Source of the DNA: Octopus bimaculoides
Taxonomy: Eukaryota
Assembly (NCBI RefSeq): GCF_001194135.2
Contig: NC_068998.1
Location: 47,172,320-47,215,630 of the forward strand
DNA length: 43,311 nucleotides
Reading direction: 5' to 3'
Positions 12,562-24,662 of this stretch are shown in pieces (position 1 is the first letter of the stretch; each line of letters begins with the position of its first letter). The notes under the pieces were generated by a model. The model worked only from the letters and a program-made list of their open reading frames with translations. It had not been told where the DNA came from and made no database searches. The translations under genes and the position numbers were made by a program.

Positions 12562-12957
12562 AAATCTTTACAATCCACCACAAATTAATGTAAATATAAA
12601 CATTGCAAAGAAGCACAGAAAAGTCTATATAAACTGGAATGTAGACACAAGCAGGAGAGTGCATATAGCGTATATTGGCAATTATTGATCAGGAAAGGAG
12701 AACAGCAGAGTTGGAGATATTTTTAATTCACTCTTTTTTTTTGTTGTTGTTATTTTATTGTATTTTTTCATCGCTATCATCATCATCATTATCATCATCA
12801 TTATTTAATGTCTGTAATAATATTGTATGTTGCATACCATGAGAAGTAAATGTGTGTGTGTGTGTGTGTATGTGTGTGTATGAATGTATATAAATACACA
12901 GATTGACCTGTGTATGCGTGAGTGTGCATAAATATATATTTGTGTATGTGTGTGTGT

Positions 12958-13100
12958 GTCTGGCCAGGGAGGAATATTACTTTTGCTTGGAAAGAGATGA
13001 GGGTTGGCAATAGAAGAGCATCCAGACATAGAAAATCTGCCTCAATAAACTCCGTCCAACCCATGAAAGCATGGAAAAGTGGACATTGAAAAATGATGAC
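12958..13100 (+). mobile_element. SINE-like family F (other copies: 1885-2100, 3405-3590, 5735-5905 and 11062-11192 on minus; 21555-21745 on plus)
   Basis: GGAATATTACTTTTGCTTGGAAA...GAGGGTTGGC..AGAAGAGCATCCAG...CCCATGAAAGCATGGAAAAGTGGACATT is found six times. Confidence 0.75.
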
Positions 13101-13200
13101 AATAAGTACAGGCCCGGCTGCACCCTGGATTTGATCTCACTGCATGACACATTGACCAAATATCTTCAACAACAGCCTTAGGTTGAGCAATCTGGTACAC

Positions 13201-13365
13201 GGTGCAGTTGTGGCTGTGTGGTAAGAAGCAAGCTTCCCAACCACATGGTTCCGGGTTCAGTCCTACTGTGTGGCACCTTGGGCAAGTGTCTTCTACTATA
13301 GCCTCAGGCCGACCAAAACCTTGAGAGTGGATTTGGTAGGCGGAAACTGAAAGAAGCCCATCGTA

Positions 13366-13403
<38 letters not shown>

Positions 13404-13700
13404 TGCATGCATGTATGTACGTATGTACGTACGTCTGTATGTATGTATGTATGTGTGTATGTATGTATGTATGTATGTGTGTGTGTTTTTGTGTCTGTGT
13501 TTGTTCCCCACCATCACTGCTTGACAACCGGTGTTGATGTGTTTATGTCCCCGTAACTTAGCAGTTCGGCAAAAGTGACCAATAGAACTAGGCTTTAAAA
13601 AAAAAAACAAGTCCTGGGCTCGATTAGTTCAAATAAAAACCCTTCAAGGTGATGCTCCAGCATGGCCGCAGTCAAATGACTGAAACGAGTGAAAGAATAA
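13201..13700 (+). mobile_element. SINE family A, full-length
   Basis: Same layout as 1401-1852 with an expanded internal (TA)n(ATGT)n tract. Confidence 0.9.
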
Positions 13701-13743
13701 AAAAGTGCTGTCGTAGAGTAAAGTACTGGAACCAAAAAAAGGA

Positions 13744-13786
<43 letters not shown>

Positions 13787-13959
13787 TAAGGAGGTGACAG
13801 GGAAACTCAGTAAGTGATGAGGATGCTGTGTTGAGGAGGATGCTGTCCCAACCAGGCAAGCATGGAGAAACTGACAGAAAAATGACAATCAGAAGGATTT
13901 CATATAAGACCATAGTAAATGCTTTTGAAGGTGACACTTGAATAGTAATGTTAGTAGTA

Positions 13960-14002
<43 letters not shown>

Positions 14003-14516
14003 CAGTATTAGCGGCTACAGTAGGAAGCTGTATACAGCCAGCCTTGCACAGCTATATCCTACATCCACCACCCACCTACATACACACACACACACACACA
14101 CACACATACCTTTCCATCCAAGCAACCACACAGACTTAATACATATATATATATATATATATACATACAGAAGGCTGTATATAGCTAATATCCTCCTGTA
14201 TACCACTAACATGTACATACATACATACATGCATACACACACATACATACATACATACATACCTACATACATACCTACCTACATACATACATGTGTGTGT
14301 GTGTACTTTTGCGATTTGTCCTCTGTGAAGGAGGCAGAAGATGAGTTACATAACATCAATGTACACTTTGATGGACTTGTACATTACAGGCATTTTATTC
14401 AGGGTCCATTCAGAAAGAAGGGGAAGTCACAATGTGCTTGGTTGGCCTCTTTCTTGTGAGATCAATACAAGACAGCATGAAGATCCATAAGACAATGTTA
14501 CCAGGGGAAAAACATG

Positions 14517-14638
14517 GGCGCAGGCTTGGCAGCAGGGTAAGAAGACTGCTTCTCAGCCACAGGGTTCCAGGTTCAGTCCCCAAGCTGACCAAAGCCTTGT
14601 GAGTGGATTTTGGCAGAGAGAACCTGAAAGAAGCCTGT

Positions 14639-14678
<40 letters not shown>

Positions 14679-14880
14679 CGTATGTTTTTGCCAGATTCCC
14701 CCCTGCCCCAATGCTTGGCAACTGGTGTTGGTTTGTTTGCATCCTTGTAACTTGGTAGTTCGGCATAAGAGACCAATAAAATCAGTACCAGGTTTACAAA
14801 ATAAGTACAGGGGTCAATTTTTTTAGCTAAAACCCTGGCATGGCTACTGTCTAATGACTGAAACTAGTAAACAATAAAAG
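14517..14880 (+). mobile_element. SINE family A, internally deleted
   Basis: Head fused to GACCAAAGCCTTGTGAGTGG, then a (TG)n tract and the 3' end. Confidence 0.8.
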
Positions 14881-15042
14881 ATGTCCAGGCTGTCACAGAA
14901 CATAGAAGAGGTACAAACTCCAATCCTCACAGTCGTTACCCTATATGCACAATTATAGCCTCTTGCCCTAACCAAGGCTGTGGAGCACAAACAAAAAAAC
15001 TTTTGACTCAAACTCCTCTACTCTTGGCGACTCCGACTCCTC

Positions 15043-15661
15043 TTTATGTAACTTAGTCGATACAGTTGTCTGACTCATCCCAAAAGATTGTGCAATTGCT
15101 ACCACTTTTTCATCTTTATCATGTTATTTTATCATAGCCAGTTTATCTTCCAGCATTATAGCATGACGCTTAGCTCTTTCGCTATGAATTTTCTTAGGAG
15201 CCATGGGGCAAAAAATAAAGTTACAAATGAACGAAAATGAGTGGCTGATACACAAACATAAACAAATCTGAATTCAAAACAATTGCGGGAATCACAAGTG
15301 ACAATGACGCCTAAGGGTAGATATTGGAACTACAGCGCAATATGAGCTCCGAAAGACCGATAAATAAGACAACACAGCTGATCTCATGATTTCATTCACT
15401 AAGCCTCACTACTTTATGGTGTGTATCTTAACATTTACTGTACATATTTTAATATGATTTTATATGCTTTTATTCTTATTTATTGTACAGTAACATGATT
15501 TTATGTACGTTTAACCGTTTTCTGGTGATTTTACAATTCCAATATTTGTGGCAGACAGACATAAAGTTGAATAAAATGACTTAACTTGATTTTTATTTTT
15601 CCATATATTATTTTTGAAAATCGACATATAATCAAGAACAACTTAAGTCAAGGTATGCCTG
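15043..15661 (-). mobile_element. Tigger/pogo DNA transposon 5' relic (TIR plus CENP-B-type HTH)
   Basis: The minus strand begins TA|CAGGCATACCTTGAC at 15661, like the Tigger1 TIR CAGGCATACCTCG. The ATG at 15204 gives MAPKKIHSERAKRHAIMLEDKLAMIK*HDKDEKVVAIAQSFGMSQTTVSTKLH, a typical pogo N-terminal HTH with an in-frame stop at 15124-15126. Confidence 0.85.
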
Positions 15662-17529
15662 TATATACAATGAGCTTCTTTCATTTCCCATCTAGTAACT
15701 TCATTCCAAAAGCTTTAGTTACCTTGAGGCTATCGTAGAAGACACTTGTCCAATGTGCCATGCAGTGGGACTGAGCCCAGAACTATGTGATTAGGAAGCG
15801 AACTTTTTTTTACCACAGGCCCCCTGTAACTTTTAAACAACATTTAAAATTGATATTTGGCTGTTAGAAGCTACTATACAGTTTCTTGATGTTGTTGCAT
15901 GGTGGAGGGGGAAAACGGAGCCGCGTAGATGACTGGTACTTTATTGAGAGAGGAACAACGAAAAGTTAAAGGGGTCTCAATGGGGAGATTTTAAAATCAG
16001 AACGTTAAAGGAAAGAGTGGTTACAAAGTAAATAATAATGCCTTTAACAAAATGTTATGGTAGAAGAATAAGAAGACAAAAATAGAAAGGTGTGGGGGGG
16101 GGGCGAGTGGGAGAGAGAGAGAGAGAGAAGAAGAGAAGGAAGAATAAAAACAGTGTTTTAAGTTATTGGTTGCTATGTCGGCGGCTGTTAGATAGAAGCT
16201 ATCTTACAACTTCTTAATTGTCTCGATTAAGATAATGAGAAAGAAAGAGAGAGATTGCAAAAAAAAAGTAAGAGAAAAAAGAAAATCAAGAAAGAATAGG
16301 AAGTTACAGAAAACGTAAAAGAGGAATAGAGGGAGAGAGAGAATAACGGTATGACAGATTAGTGGTGAGGTTTTAAGAGAAGAACGAGAATAACGGTATA
16401 ACAGATTAAGATATAATGTATGAAAGAAGTCGTTATAAAGAAACAAAAAGAGAACGATATAAAATAGGTGTGTGTATGCATGTATGTACATATAGGGAGT
16501 GAGAGAGAGGGAGGAGGAAGTTATTAGAGAATAAGGGAATATGAGATTACAGTTTGGAAGGTTGGTTGAGTGAGATGTCGTCTGCCAGAATCAATTGTAG
16601 AGCTTCTCGTTATGGTTGTTGTTGTTGTTGACGTAAGAAAATAGTAGACATAGTGAGATGGTAGCAGACCATAGAACGACGTTGTTAAATAGGTGAAGCC
16701 AAAAAACATGGTATCTCTTCAATTGTCTTTTTAATAAAAGGAGACATAAGGTGGAACGGGGGAGGGGAATGGAAACGTGAGGTTGTTCTCTCGAAGAGAG
16801 AACTGAACTTCAATTCAAAAGTGCTCGGTGGAGGTGGGGACAATCCAAGACAAACACGCGAGTTGAATCTAGTTAACGATTTTATTGTTGCTGTTGTTGT
16901 GGCTTAGTCCAAGTTTAACATAGAAGTAACAACAGCAAGCCACTTGTTGCAATAATAGAGCCATAACTCCCCAATATAGTTTGTCTCCTTGGGGAACAGG
17001 CTGGTTGCCCCAGCGTGCCGTAATAGGTTATTCATGAGGCGCAGTGTTGCAGTTGAGACATATTCTGTCCAATAAGCACACCATGTTATGTCCTGTTTTC
17101 GTGTGAATATGTGGAGTGGGTAGCTGAGCAGGAGAGTCAGTGTCGTAGTGATGTTATTAGAACAGTGTTTCAGTAGTGCAACAGTTAGGGTAGTGTTGTT
17201 AGGGCAGCACTATAGTAGCGTTGTTAGTTAGGATGGTGTGACTGTAATCTTATGAGATGTTAGAATGGTGTGTTGCACTAGTGTTCTGCTGTAACAAAGT
17301 TGTGATGCATCAGAACAAGGTGAAAGGGTCAGTGTTGTTAAGATGGTGTTGAAGGTGACTGTGTATGGTCTGTGAGGTTTAGAGTTTACTTTGGCAACGA
17401 CAAACTGTGTTGCATATGCAGGTGGTCTGTCATTTATTTTATTGTGAATGTAGTCAGCAAAAGTAATTTATGTAGAAGTTGCAATAATAGACACGAAGAT
17501 ATTACATGTTCAGCATTGTTGGTCTAATT

Positions 17530-18235
17530 CAAAGGATTCCCAAACCACCAGGTTGTGGACCAGTATCAAACCATGAATCATTTGGTACTGGGCGAAACAN
17601 NNNNNNNNNNNNNNNNNNNNNNNNNNNNNNNNNNNNNNNNNNNNNNNNNNNNNNNNNNNNNNNNNNNNNNNNNNNNNNNNNNNNNNNNNNNNNNNNNNNN
17701 NNNNNNAAAAAAAAAAAAAAAAAAAATTTTATTCCTGTTTTATTGACTTTTGACTATATAGGTGCAGGAGTGGCTGTGTGGTAAGTAGCTTGCTTACCAA
17801 CCACATGGTTCTGGGTTCAGTACCACTGCATGGCACCTTGGGCAAGTGTCTTTTACTATAGCCTCGGGCCGACCAAAGCCTTGTGAGTGGATTTGGTAGA
17901 CAGAAACTGAAAGAAGCCCGTCGTATATATGTATATATATATATGTGCATGTGTGCTTGTGTGTCTGTGTTTGTCCCCCCAACATCGCTTGACAATAAGT
18001 CCTGGGGTCGATTTCCTCGACTAAAGGCAGTACTCCAGCATGGCCGCAGTCAAATGACTGAAACAAGTAAAAGAGTAAAAGAGTATCACAGTCAGCAGAG
18101 TGTTTTTGTGTCAGATATACGTATTATATATGTAATAATAAAATTATATATATTAAGCATTTTATTATGCTTTGCTGTGGGAATACTGTCTTGCCCTAAA
18201 CTGGTCTGTGCTGCAAAACATGTTGGGGACTGCAG
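17530..18235 (+). mobile_element. hAT (Charlie/MER1-like) MITE split by an N gap and a SINE A insertion
   Basis: Left end CAAAGGATTCCCAAACC...GTGGACCAGTA and right end AAACTGGTCTGTGCTGCAAAACATGTTGGGGACTGCAG resemble MER1-type termini. Confidence 0.5.
17761..18082 (+). mobile_element. SINE family A, internally deleted
   Basis: Near-consensus head and tail; the segment between CGCTTGACAA and TAAGTCCTGGGG is missing. Confidence 0.9.
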
Positions 18236-18392
18236 CTAAAACAATGAGTGAAAGCATGGTACAGCTACCAGGTCATATTCGTTAGCAAATGATCGCCAAG
18301 GTTACTGACTCCTCCTCTTCTGTACACTAGGAATATTGTAGAATTGTTGTATATAATTCCTAATATAAGATGGTTTTGTAAAGTAACAGACA

Positions 18393-18550
18393 CAGCTGTG
18401 CAGCTAAGAAGCTTGCTTTGCAATCACGTGGTTTCAAGTTCAGTCCTACGGCAAGGCACCTGAGGCAAGTGTCTTCTACTACAAATAACTCCAGGCTGAC
18501 CAATGCCTTGTAAATAAATTTGGAAGATGGAAACTGTGTAGAAGCCTGTT
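18393..18550 (+). mobile_element. SINE family A, 5' half, old
   Basis: Degenerate head and CORE-like region. Confidence 0.7.
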
Positions 18551-18571
18551 ATGTGTGTGTGTGTGTGTATC

Positions 18572-18780
18572 ATAATCATTTAATGTTCATATTCCATGGT
18601 GGCATGGGTTGGATGGTTTGACAAGAGCTGACAAGCCAGAAGATTGCACCAGGCTCCGGTCTTCTGTTTTAACATGGTTTCTATAGCCGGATGTCCTTAT
18701 TAACACCAGTCACTTTACAGAGTGTACTAGGTGCTTCTTGTAGTGGCAGCATGGGTGCTCTTTTGCGTGACACCAGCTTG
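18572..18780 (-). mobile_element. Family D, degenerate
   Basis: CCATGGTGGCATGGGTTGGA...GGATGTCCTTATTAACACCA. Confidence 0.7.
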
Positions 18781-18976
18781 GAATTCCACTCAGCGGGAGT
18801 AGAATACTGTAACCGCAGTCACTTACACATCAAGGAGACTGAGTAACAGGCCCCGATGAAACCCTGAGTAAGCAAGAAGTTGTGTGATATATTATGTACT
18901 TTGTATTTTACCAGGGTTTGTTGTAGAGAGATTAGGGGCCCAAGAAGGGATCTACATTTTTGTACACTTTCATTAG

Positions 18977-19140
18977 GAGCAGATGTGGCTGTGTGTTAAG
19001 AAGTTTGCTTCTCAACCAGATGGTTCTGGGTTCAGTCTCACTGCTTGGCAGCTAAGGCAAATATCTTCTGCTACAACCTTCGGCTGTCCAAAGCCTTGTG
19101 AGCAAATTTGGTAGACAGAAACTGAAAGAAGCTTATCATA
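18977..19140 (+). mobile_element. SINE family A, 5' half, old
   Basis: Degenerate head and CORE-like region. Confidence 0.7.
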
Positions 19141-19899
19141 TATGTGTGTGTATGTGCATGTGTGTGTGTGCACATACACAGACACACACTTACATATGAT
19201 AGCTGGAGTAGCTAAAATGAATGGAAATGATAGATTCGGTTGGTACCAAGCTGTAAACTTATTTGCATAAGAGAGAGGTGTCCTCATAGGATCGGAATGT
19301 TTGACCAGATAAAGTTAGACATCTCTGGCTGAGGGTTACCAATTAATTCAGATGCTTTTTTGTTTATACATCAACCAAAAGAGGAATGCACATGGTCTCA
19401 GCAGGCCCTCGAAGACCGGTGATATCAATACTGTTTAAACAGCTGTGGTTTGATAGTTGGATTAAGAGAATGAGGGAAGTGTGTATCATATTTGCCAACA
19501 TGCAAGTTAATGTAGTATACAGTGTAAACATGGAGTGTATAGTATATCATAGAAACATGGTGTAAACATTCAAATGACGTCACTATCTTTCTAAATCCTG
19601 CAGCATTTCACAAGGAATTTTCTGTCCTTCCAGAAATTTGGGTCTGAAAAATTTGACTGGTATGCAAGAAAATATGGTAACTATTTGTTTTAGAGTATGG
19701 TAAATTTTAAAAAGTGAGAGCATGTATGGATGTTTCATCATTGTTATGAGTGTGTTACTTAACTGTTTAGCATTCAAACCGGCCATATCTCACTCAAATA
19801 TTCTAACTGTTTTCTGCTCAAAATGGCCTGATGTGGCCTCTCACACTTATCCAACAATGTCATTCTAAATTCTAAAAATAAACGATAGGCTCAACAAAT

Positions 19900-20265
19900 G
19901 TGGATGTGTGGTAAGAAGTCTGCTTCCCAACCACATGGTTCTAAGTTCAGTCCCACTGCATGGTACCTTGGGCAAGTACCTTCTACTATAGCCTAGGGAA
20001 GATCAAAGCCTTGCAAGTGGATTTGGTAGATGGAAATTGAAAGAAGCCTCTGTGTGTGTGTTTGTGTCCCTACCACTGCTTGACAACTGATGTTAGTGTG
20101 TTTATGTCCCTATAACTTAGCAGTTCGGCAAAAGAGACCAATAGAATAAGTAGCAAAATTTAAAAAATTAAAATTAGTACTAGGGTCGATTCATTTGACT
20201 ACAAATTCTTCAAGGTGGTGTCCTAGCATGGCCACAGTCTAATGAGTGAAACAAGTAAAAGGTAG
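19900..20265 (+). mobile_element. SINE family A, full-length
   Basis: All modules present, moderately diverged. Confidence 0.85.
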
Positions 20266-20282
20266 AAGATAAATCACATTTG

Positions 20283-20445
20283 TAAAGTGGCTGGCATTAG
20301 GAAGGGCATCCAGCTGTAGAAACCATACCAAAACAGACTACGGGACCTGATGTGCCTCCTGGCCTTGCTGGCTCCTGTTGAAACATCCAACCCATGCCAG
20401 CATGGAAAACAGACGTTGAACGATGAGGATCATGATGAAGATGAT
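20283..20445 (+). mobile_element. Family D, 3' part
   Basis: GGCATTAGGAAGGGCATCCAGCTGTAGAAACC...CCATGCCAGCATGGAAAACAGACGTTGAACGATGA. Confidence 0.8.
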
Positions 20446-20679
20446 ATCATCAAAATCTTGAAGCTACGAGATGAGGCATGATTAATTCAAACAATGTTAA
20501 CAAATGAGCATGACATTTGAGAGAGCAATCTGGATAAAGGAAGGGTTGTATATGTATGGCGCTTTGAGTGAGGGCAGTGTGTTGATGCATGTAACTTCAA
20601 GTGAAGGTTGTGTGTTTGTGTGTTGCTTCAAATGAGGGCTGTGTAGGTGTGTTACTTGAATTTAAGAACAAATACTAGG

Positions 20680-20860
20680 TTGTTTTGTTTTAGGCCTTTG
20701 ACCAAGAGTAGTCCAGATGTGACCACCCCAAGCATTAAATAATTCCATTAATCTGATGCACTGCTTTCCTTATTTAAAACAGTAGAACGTGACTTTTGAG
20801 AAATGTGGCTGCTATCTCTGGCATGCCAAGTGACCACATAGAGGCTCCTCCATTAGGTAC
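20680..20860 (-). mobile_element. Repeat family G (other fragments: 4980-5150, 7205-7290, 10185-10245, 10530-10630, 22765-22870, ~39100-39135)
   Basis: Recurrent motifs GTTGTTTAAC..AGGTCA.CC..GA..AGCAGACC.ATGATCAAAG and GTGA.TTGAGGGAGATTTGGCTGCTATTTCTAGCAG. Confidence 0.6.
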
Positions 20861-20953
20861 TAGTAATGTACATAGGGCACTAAGTAACTTTTACCTTTTT
20901 CTCCAAATATTTTGTGCCAATGAGAGAGGTCCTTAATATTATGGTATACATTA

Positions 20954-21510
20954 AGGCACGGGCATGGCTATGTGGGTAAGAAGCTTGCTTCTCAACCCTG
21001 TGGCTTTGGGTTCAGTCCCACCCTGTGACATCTTAGGCAAGCGTCTTCTACTATAAACCCTAGCTGATGAAAGCCTTGTGAGTAGATTTAGTGGACTGAA
21101 ATTGAAGCCTATTATATATGTATATATAGACACAGGCGTAGCTGTATGGTAAGAAGCTTGCTTCCCAACCACATGGTTCTGAGTTCAGTCCCACTGCGTG
21201 GCACCTTAGGCAAGTGATTTCTGCTATAGCCTTGGGCCTACCAAACCTTTGTGAGTGAATTTGGTAGACAGAAACTGAATGAAGTCTGACGTATGTGTGT
21301 GTTTGTTCCCCACCACCACTTGACAACCAGTGGTAGTATGTTTATGTCCCCATAACTTAGCAGTTCAGCAAAAGGGTCTGATGGAATAAGTACCAGGCTC
21401 AAAAAAACAAAAAATAAGTATTGGAGTCAATCTATTCAATTAAAAATTCTTCAAGGAGGTGCTCCAGCATGGCTGCAGTCTAATCATTGACATGAGTAAA
21501 AGGTAAAAGG
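20954..21510 (+). mobile_element. Two tandem SINE A copies (5' half at 20954-21115, full-length at 21133-21510)
   Basis: The head motif GGCTATGTGGGTAAG / GCTGTATGGTAAG occurs twice, about 180 bp apart. Confidence 0.85.
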
Positions 21511-21774
21511 TAAAAGATATATGTGCGTGTGTGTGTGTCCTTGTATTAACATAGGATGATAGCTGTAAACAAGTATTGTTTGTTTCCAATCTCTCATAAA
21601 AACATGTCTGGCCACAGGAAATATTATTACCTTGCTTGGAAGCTGGTGAGGATCAACGACAGAAAGGGCATCTGGCTTCAGAAAATCTACCTCAGCAAAT
21701 TCTGTCTGACCCAACCCATGCAGCCATAGAAATGTGGACATTAGAACAATGATGGTTATTAATATATATTGTAT

Positions 21775-22020
21775 CCAGGGTTATGGAAAGGAGACAAAAC
21801 CTTCAAAGAAATCCGGAGTGGAGGCCCAGTAGGCGGTTTAGCGTTTGACTCGACACTCTTCCGGCAGCTCCTGCAACCAAGCTGGTGCCAAACGTAATGC
21901 TCTGCACTCCTTTGGACTACGTCAGCAAGGTCGGGAGAGGAATCCTGACGATTGGGCTACCCAGGATTTTCTTACATCTAGCCCAGGCCTGCGCAAAACT
22001 GGAGAGGACACTTCAGTGCT
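21775..22020 (-). mobile_element. Probable RTE LINE 5' UTR fragment
   Basis: GC-rich island containing AAAGAAATCCGGAGTGGAG...TTCCGGCAGCTCCTGCAACCAAGCTGGTGCCAAACGTA, recalled from 5' regions of RTE elements. No ORF. Confidence 0.5.
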
Positions 22021-22690
22021 GTAAATTAAGTACCAGTTAAATACTGGGGTGGATGTAATCGACTAATCCCCTCCCCAAAAATTTCTGGCCTTGTGCTGAT
22101 AGTAGAAAGGATTATTATTATTACTATTATAATTATTATTGGGTGGCAAAATGCTTAGCAGAATTCTGTCTGTTCAGAGTTCAAATTCCACCATGATTGA
22201 CTTTGCCTTTCATCCTTTCAGGCCTTGTGCCTATAGAAGAAAGGATTATTATTATTATTATTGCTATTATTATTATTATCAGTATTATTATTAAGGTGGT
22301 GAACTGGCTGAATTGTTTGTATGTCAGACAAATGTTTAGTGGTATTCTGTCTGTCTTAAGGTCCAAAGTTCAAATTCCACCAGGAACAACTATGCTTTTC
22401 ATTCTTGAAAGGACAACAGAATGAATAGCAGCAGTTGAGTAGTGTGTGTGTGTGGGTGGGGGTGGGGGGTGATGTAGTTGACTAATGCCCTCCCCCAAAA
22501 TTTCTGGCATTTCATCTGTCCTTACGTTCTGAGTTCAAATTCCACCGAGGTCAACTTTACCTTTCATCCTTTCGGGGGTCAATAAATTAAGTACCAGTGG
22601 AACACTGGGTCGATATAATTGACTAGTCCCCTCCCCACCAAATTTCTGGCCTTGTGCCTTTAGTAGAAAAGATTATTATTATTATTAACA
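22020..22690 (+). mobile_element. Stack of about 4 partial SINE B copies
   Basis: The tail GGCCTTGTGC..TAGTAGAAAGGATTATT recurs at about 22090, 22225 and 22650; the core recurs at about 22200, 22375 and 22550. Confidence 0.8.
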
Positions 22691-23129
22691 ATTGTTTATT
22701 TATTTATTTTGGGAATATGGGTTGATGGACCCTCCCCCATCAGCTGAACAGATCTCGCCTTGTTATTGTTGTTGGTCAGCCCTGATACAGCAGACCTATC
22801 ATCAAAAGTATTCCAGCCATGGTCATCCCAATATTTCTTCAGACAGTGTATTTACGACAGCAGTAATCAAAATGACCATTGATCAGCTTAATTGAGGATT
22901 GGATTAATTAACACCCACCCTCCTCACCATCAGTTGATTGACAAGTAATCTCATCGACAACAAAAGTTGTCTGCAGTTGTTATTTAACATCAGGCCACTC
23001 CTCCTCATCAAACACATCCGACCACGACCACCACATCGATTCAGTCGTAATTTCTCTAAAAACTACGTTATCCAATGTCCTCTCTTTTGTTTAACAGCAG
23101 ATTTAGTTGCTATTTCTAACAGATCAACA

Positions 23130-23246
23130 GTGGTGGTTGTGGTGGTGGTGGAAGTAGTGGTGGTAGTAGTAGTAGTAGTGGTAGTGGTGGTGGTGGTGGT
23201 GGTGGTGGAAGTAGTGGTGGTAGTAGTAGTAGTAGTGGTAGTGGTG

Positions 23247-23286
<40 letters not shown>

Positions 23287-23290
23287 CAGC
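23130..23290. repeat. (GTG)n/(GTA)n trinucleotide repeat
   Basis: Directly visible; similar (AGT)n tracts at 7085-7200 and 13945-14005. Confidence 0.95.
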
Positions 23291-23834
23291 TTGCAGTATC
23301 AGTAATGTAACACATGTGTGGTTGTTGCCCTTGTGACCAAATGACATATCATTATCAATAATTATGATAATAATGTTTTGCAACAAAGACACACACACAC
23401 ACACAACCAGAAATGTTGTAGGGGAATGTGTGCTGGTGGTGGTGGTGGTGAACGGCGGGGATGAATGGCCATGTTCGATTATACGATTACATATATATGA
23501 ATTCCACCCACCCACACAAACATCACCTCTGCCTGACTACTACGTGATTGGTATCGATTCCCTGCCCTTATCCCCTACCCCCCAGAAAGGTAGGTGTAAA
23601 ATAGTAAAAGCTGACCTCGGCCAGAAGTGTAAGAAACCCATGAGAGTGTGTCGGACACTCAACCGATTCTGAATGTTACAAAAGCCATCGTTGCAATGTT
23701 TATACGCCTCTTCTTTACCATGATCACACAGGATCGAATGTCAAGGCGATATTTCTTCCCACCTGGGCCCAATTTCACACGGGACAATTACTCTGTTATT
23801 AACGTACCTTTATTACTATCATTATTATAATTAA

Positions 23835-23975
23835 TTCTACCGGGGTCGACTTAGCTTTTCGTCCTATCGGGATCGATAACATACGTAGCAGTTAGACATT
23901 GAGGTCGATGTAATCGGCTAGTGCCCTTCCCACGAAATTCCAGGATTTGTGGCTATAGTAGAAAGGATTATTAAT
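23835..23975 (+). mobile_element. SINE family B, 3' half
   Basis: GGGGTCGACTTAGCTTTTCGTCC...TAGTAGAAAGGATTATT. Confidence 0.75.
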
Positions 23976-24149
23976 TGCGTCGTTATTTTTATTAGTATTA
24001 TATTGGGGGTGATCTCGCCACCCCGCTTTTTATTGCAAGTAAATACACCCCACCCCACTGTTCCTTATTTCTCTCTGCATTTCACCTTTCTACTATCGCC
24101 AATGTCTCAGGGCCAACAATAAAAGAAACCACCATTATTATTATTATTA

Positions 24150-24194
24150 TTATTCCTGCTTTGTCAGTCTATTATATATATAAACATACACACC

Positions 24195-24238
<44 letters not shown>

Positions 24239-24625
24239 TATATACGCACGCCTGTGCGTCTACACACCTGAGTGTCTATACATTCAGGTGTGTAGACACC
24301 TTTCACTGGACGGAACCCAATCATTATGACGTTACAGGACAGGAAGCTAACCTGTTTCCAGGACACTGTGCGTGTATGTATATATATATATATATATATA
24401 TCATATGTATTATATATGCACTGTTATAATATATGCGCATATAAAGAGAATATCTATTATGTAAACGCAGAGTCTGTATTGCATGTGTGTGTGTTTATGT
24501 GTGTAATATATGTTCCATCAAATAGGTGTATATGTTTATGCACGTATTACGCCCCATTCAATAAATAATATATATATATATATATACCCACACAATTCAC
24601 TTGTTTACACACACACACACATCTA

Positions 24626-24662
<37 letters not shown>

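Noticed and set aside
14331-14459. Open frame EAEDELHNINVHFDGL...
   Set aside because: No recognisable homology and a length compatible with chance.
17707-17724. Poly(A) tail of a retrocopy
   Set aside because: It abuts an N gap, so the upstream sequence is unknown and nothing can be assigned.
18848-18942. SECIS- or hammerhead-like hairpin (ATGAAACCCTG...CAGGGTTT)
   Set aside because: The 3' GA of the SECIS quartet is missing, there is no CUGANGA/GAAA core, and only an 8-bp stem is solid.
19575-19582. Perfect CRE site TGACGTCA
   Set aside because: A single 8-mer in 43 kb with no promoter context.
21943-21975. Hammerhead near-match CTGACGA-TTGGG-CTA-CCCAG
   Set aside because: It is followed by GATT rather than GAAA, and no stems I or III form.
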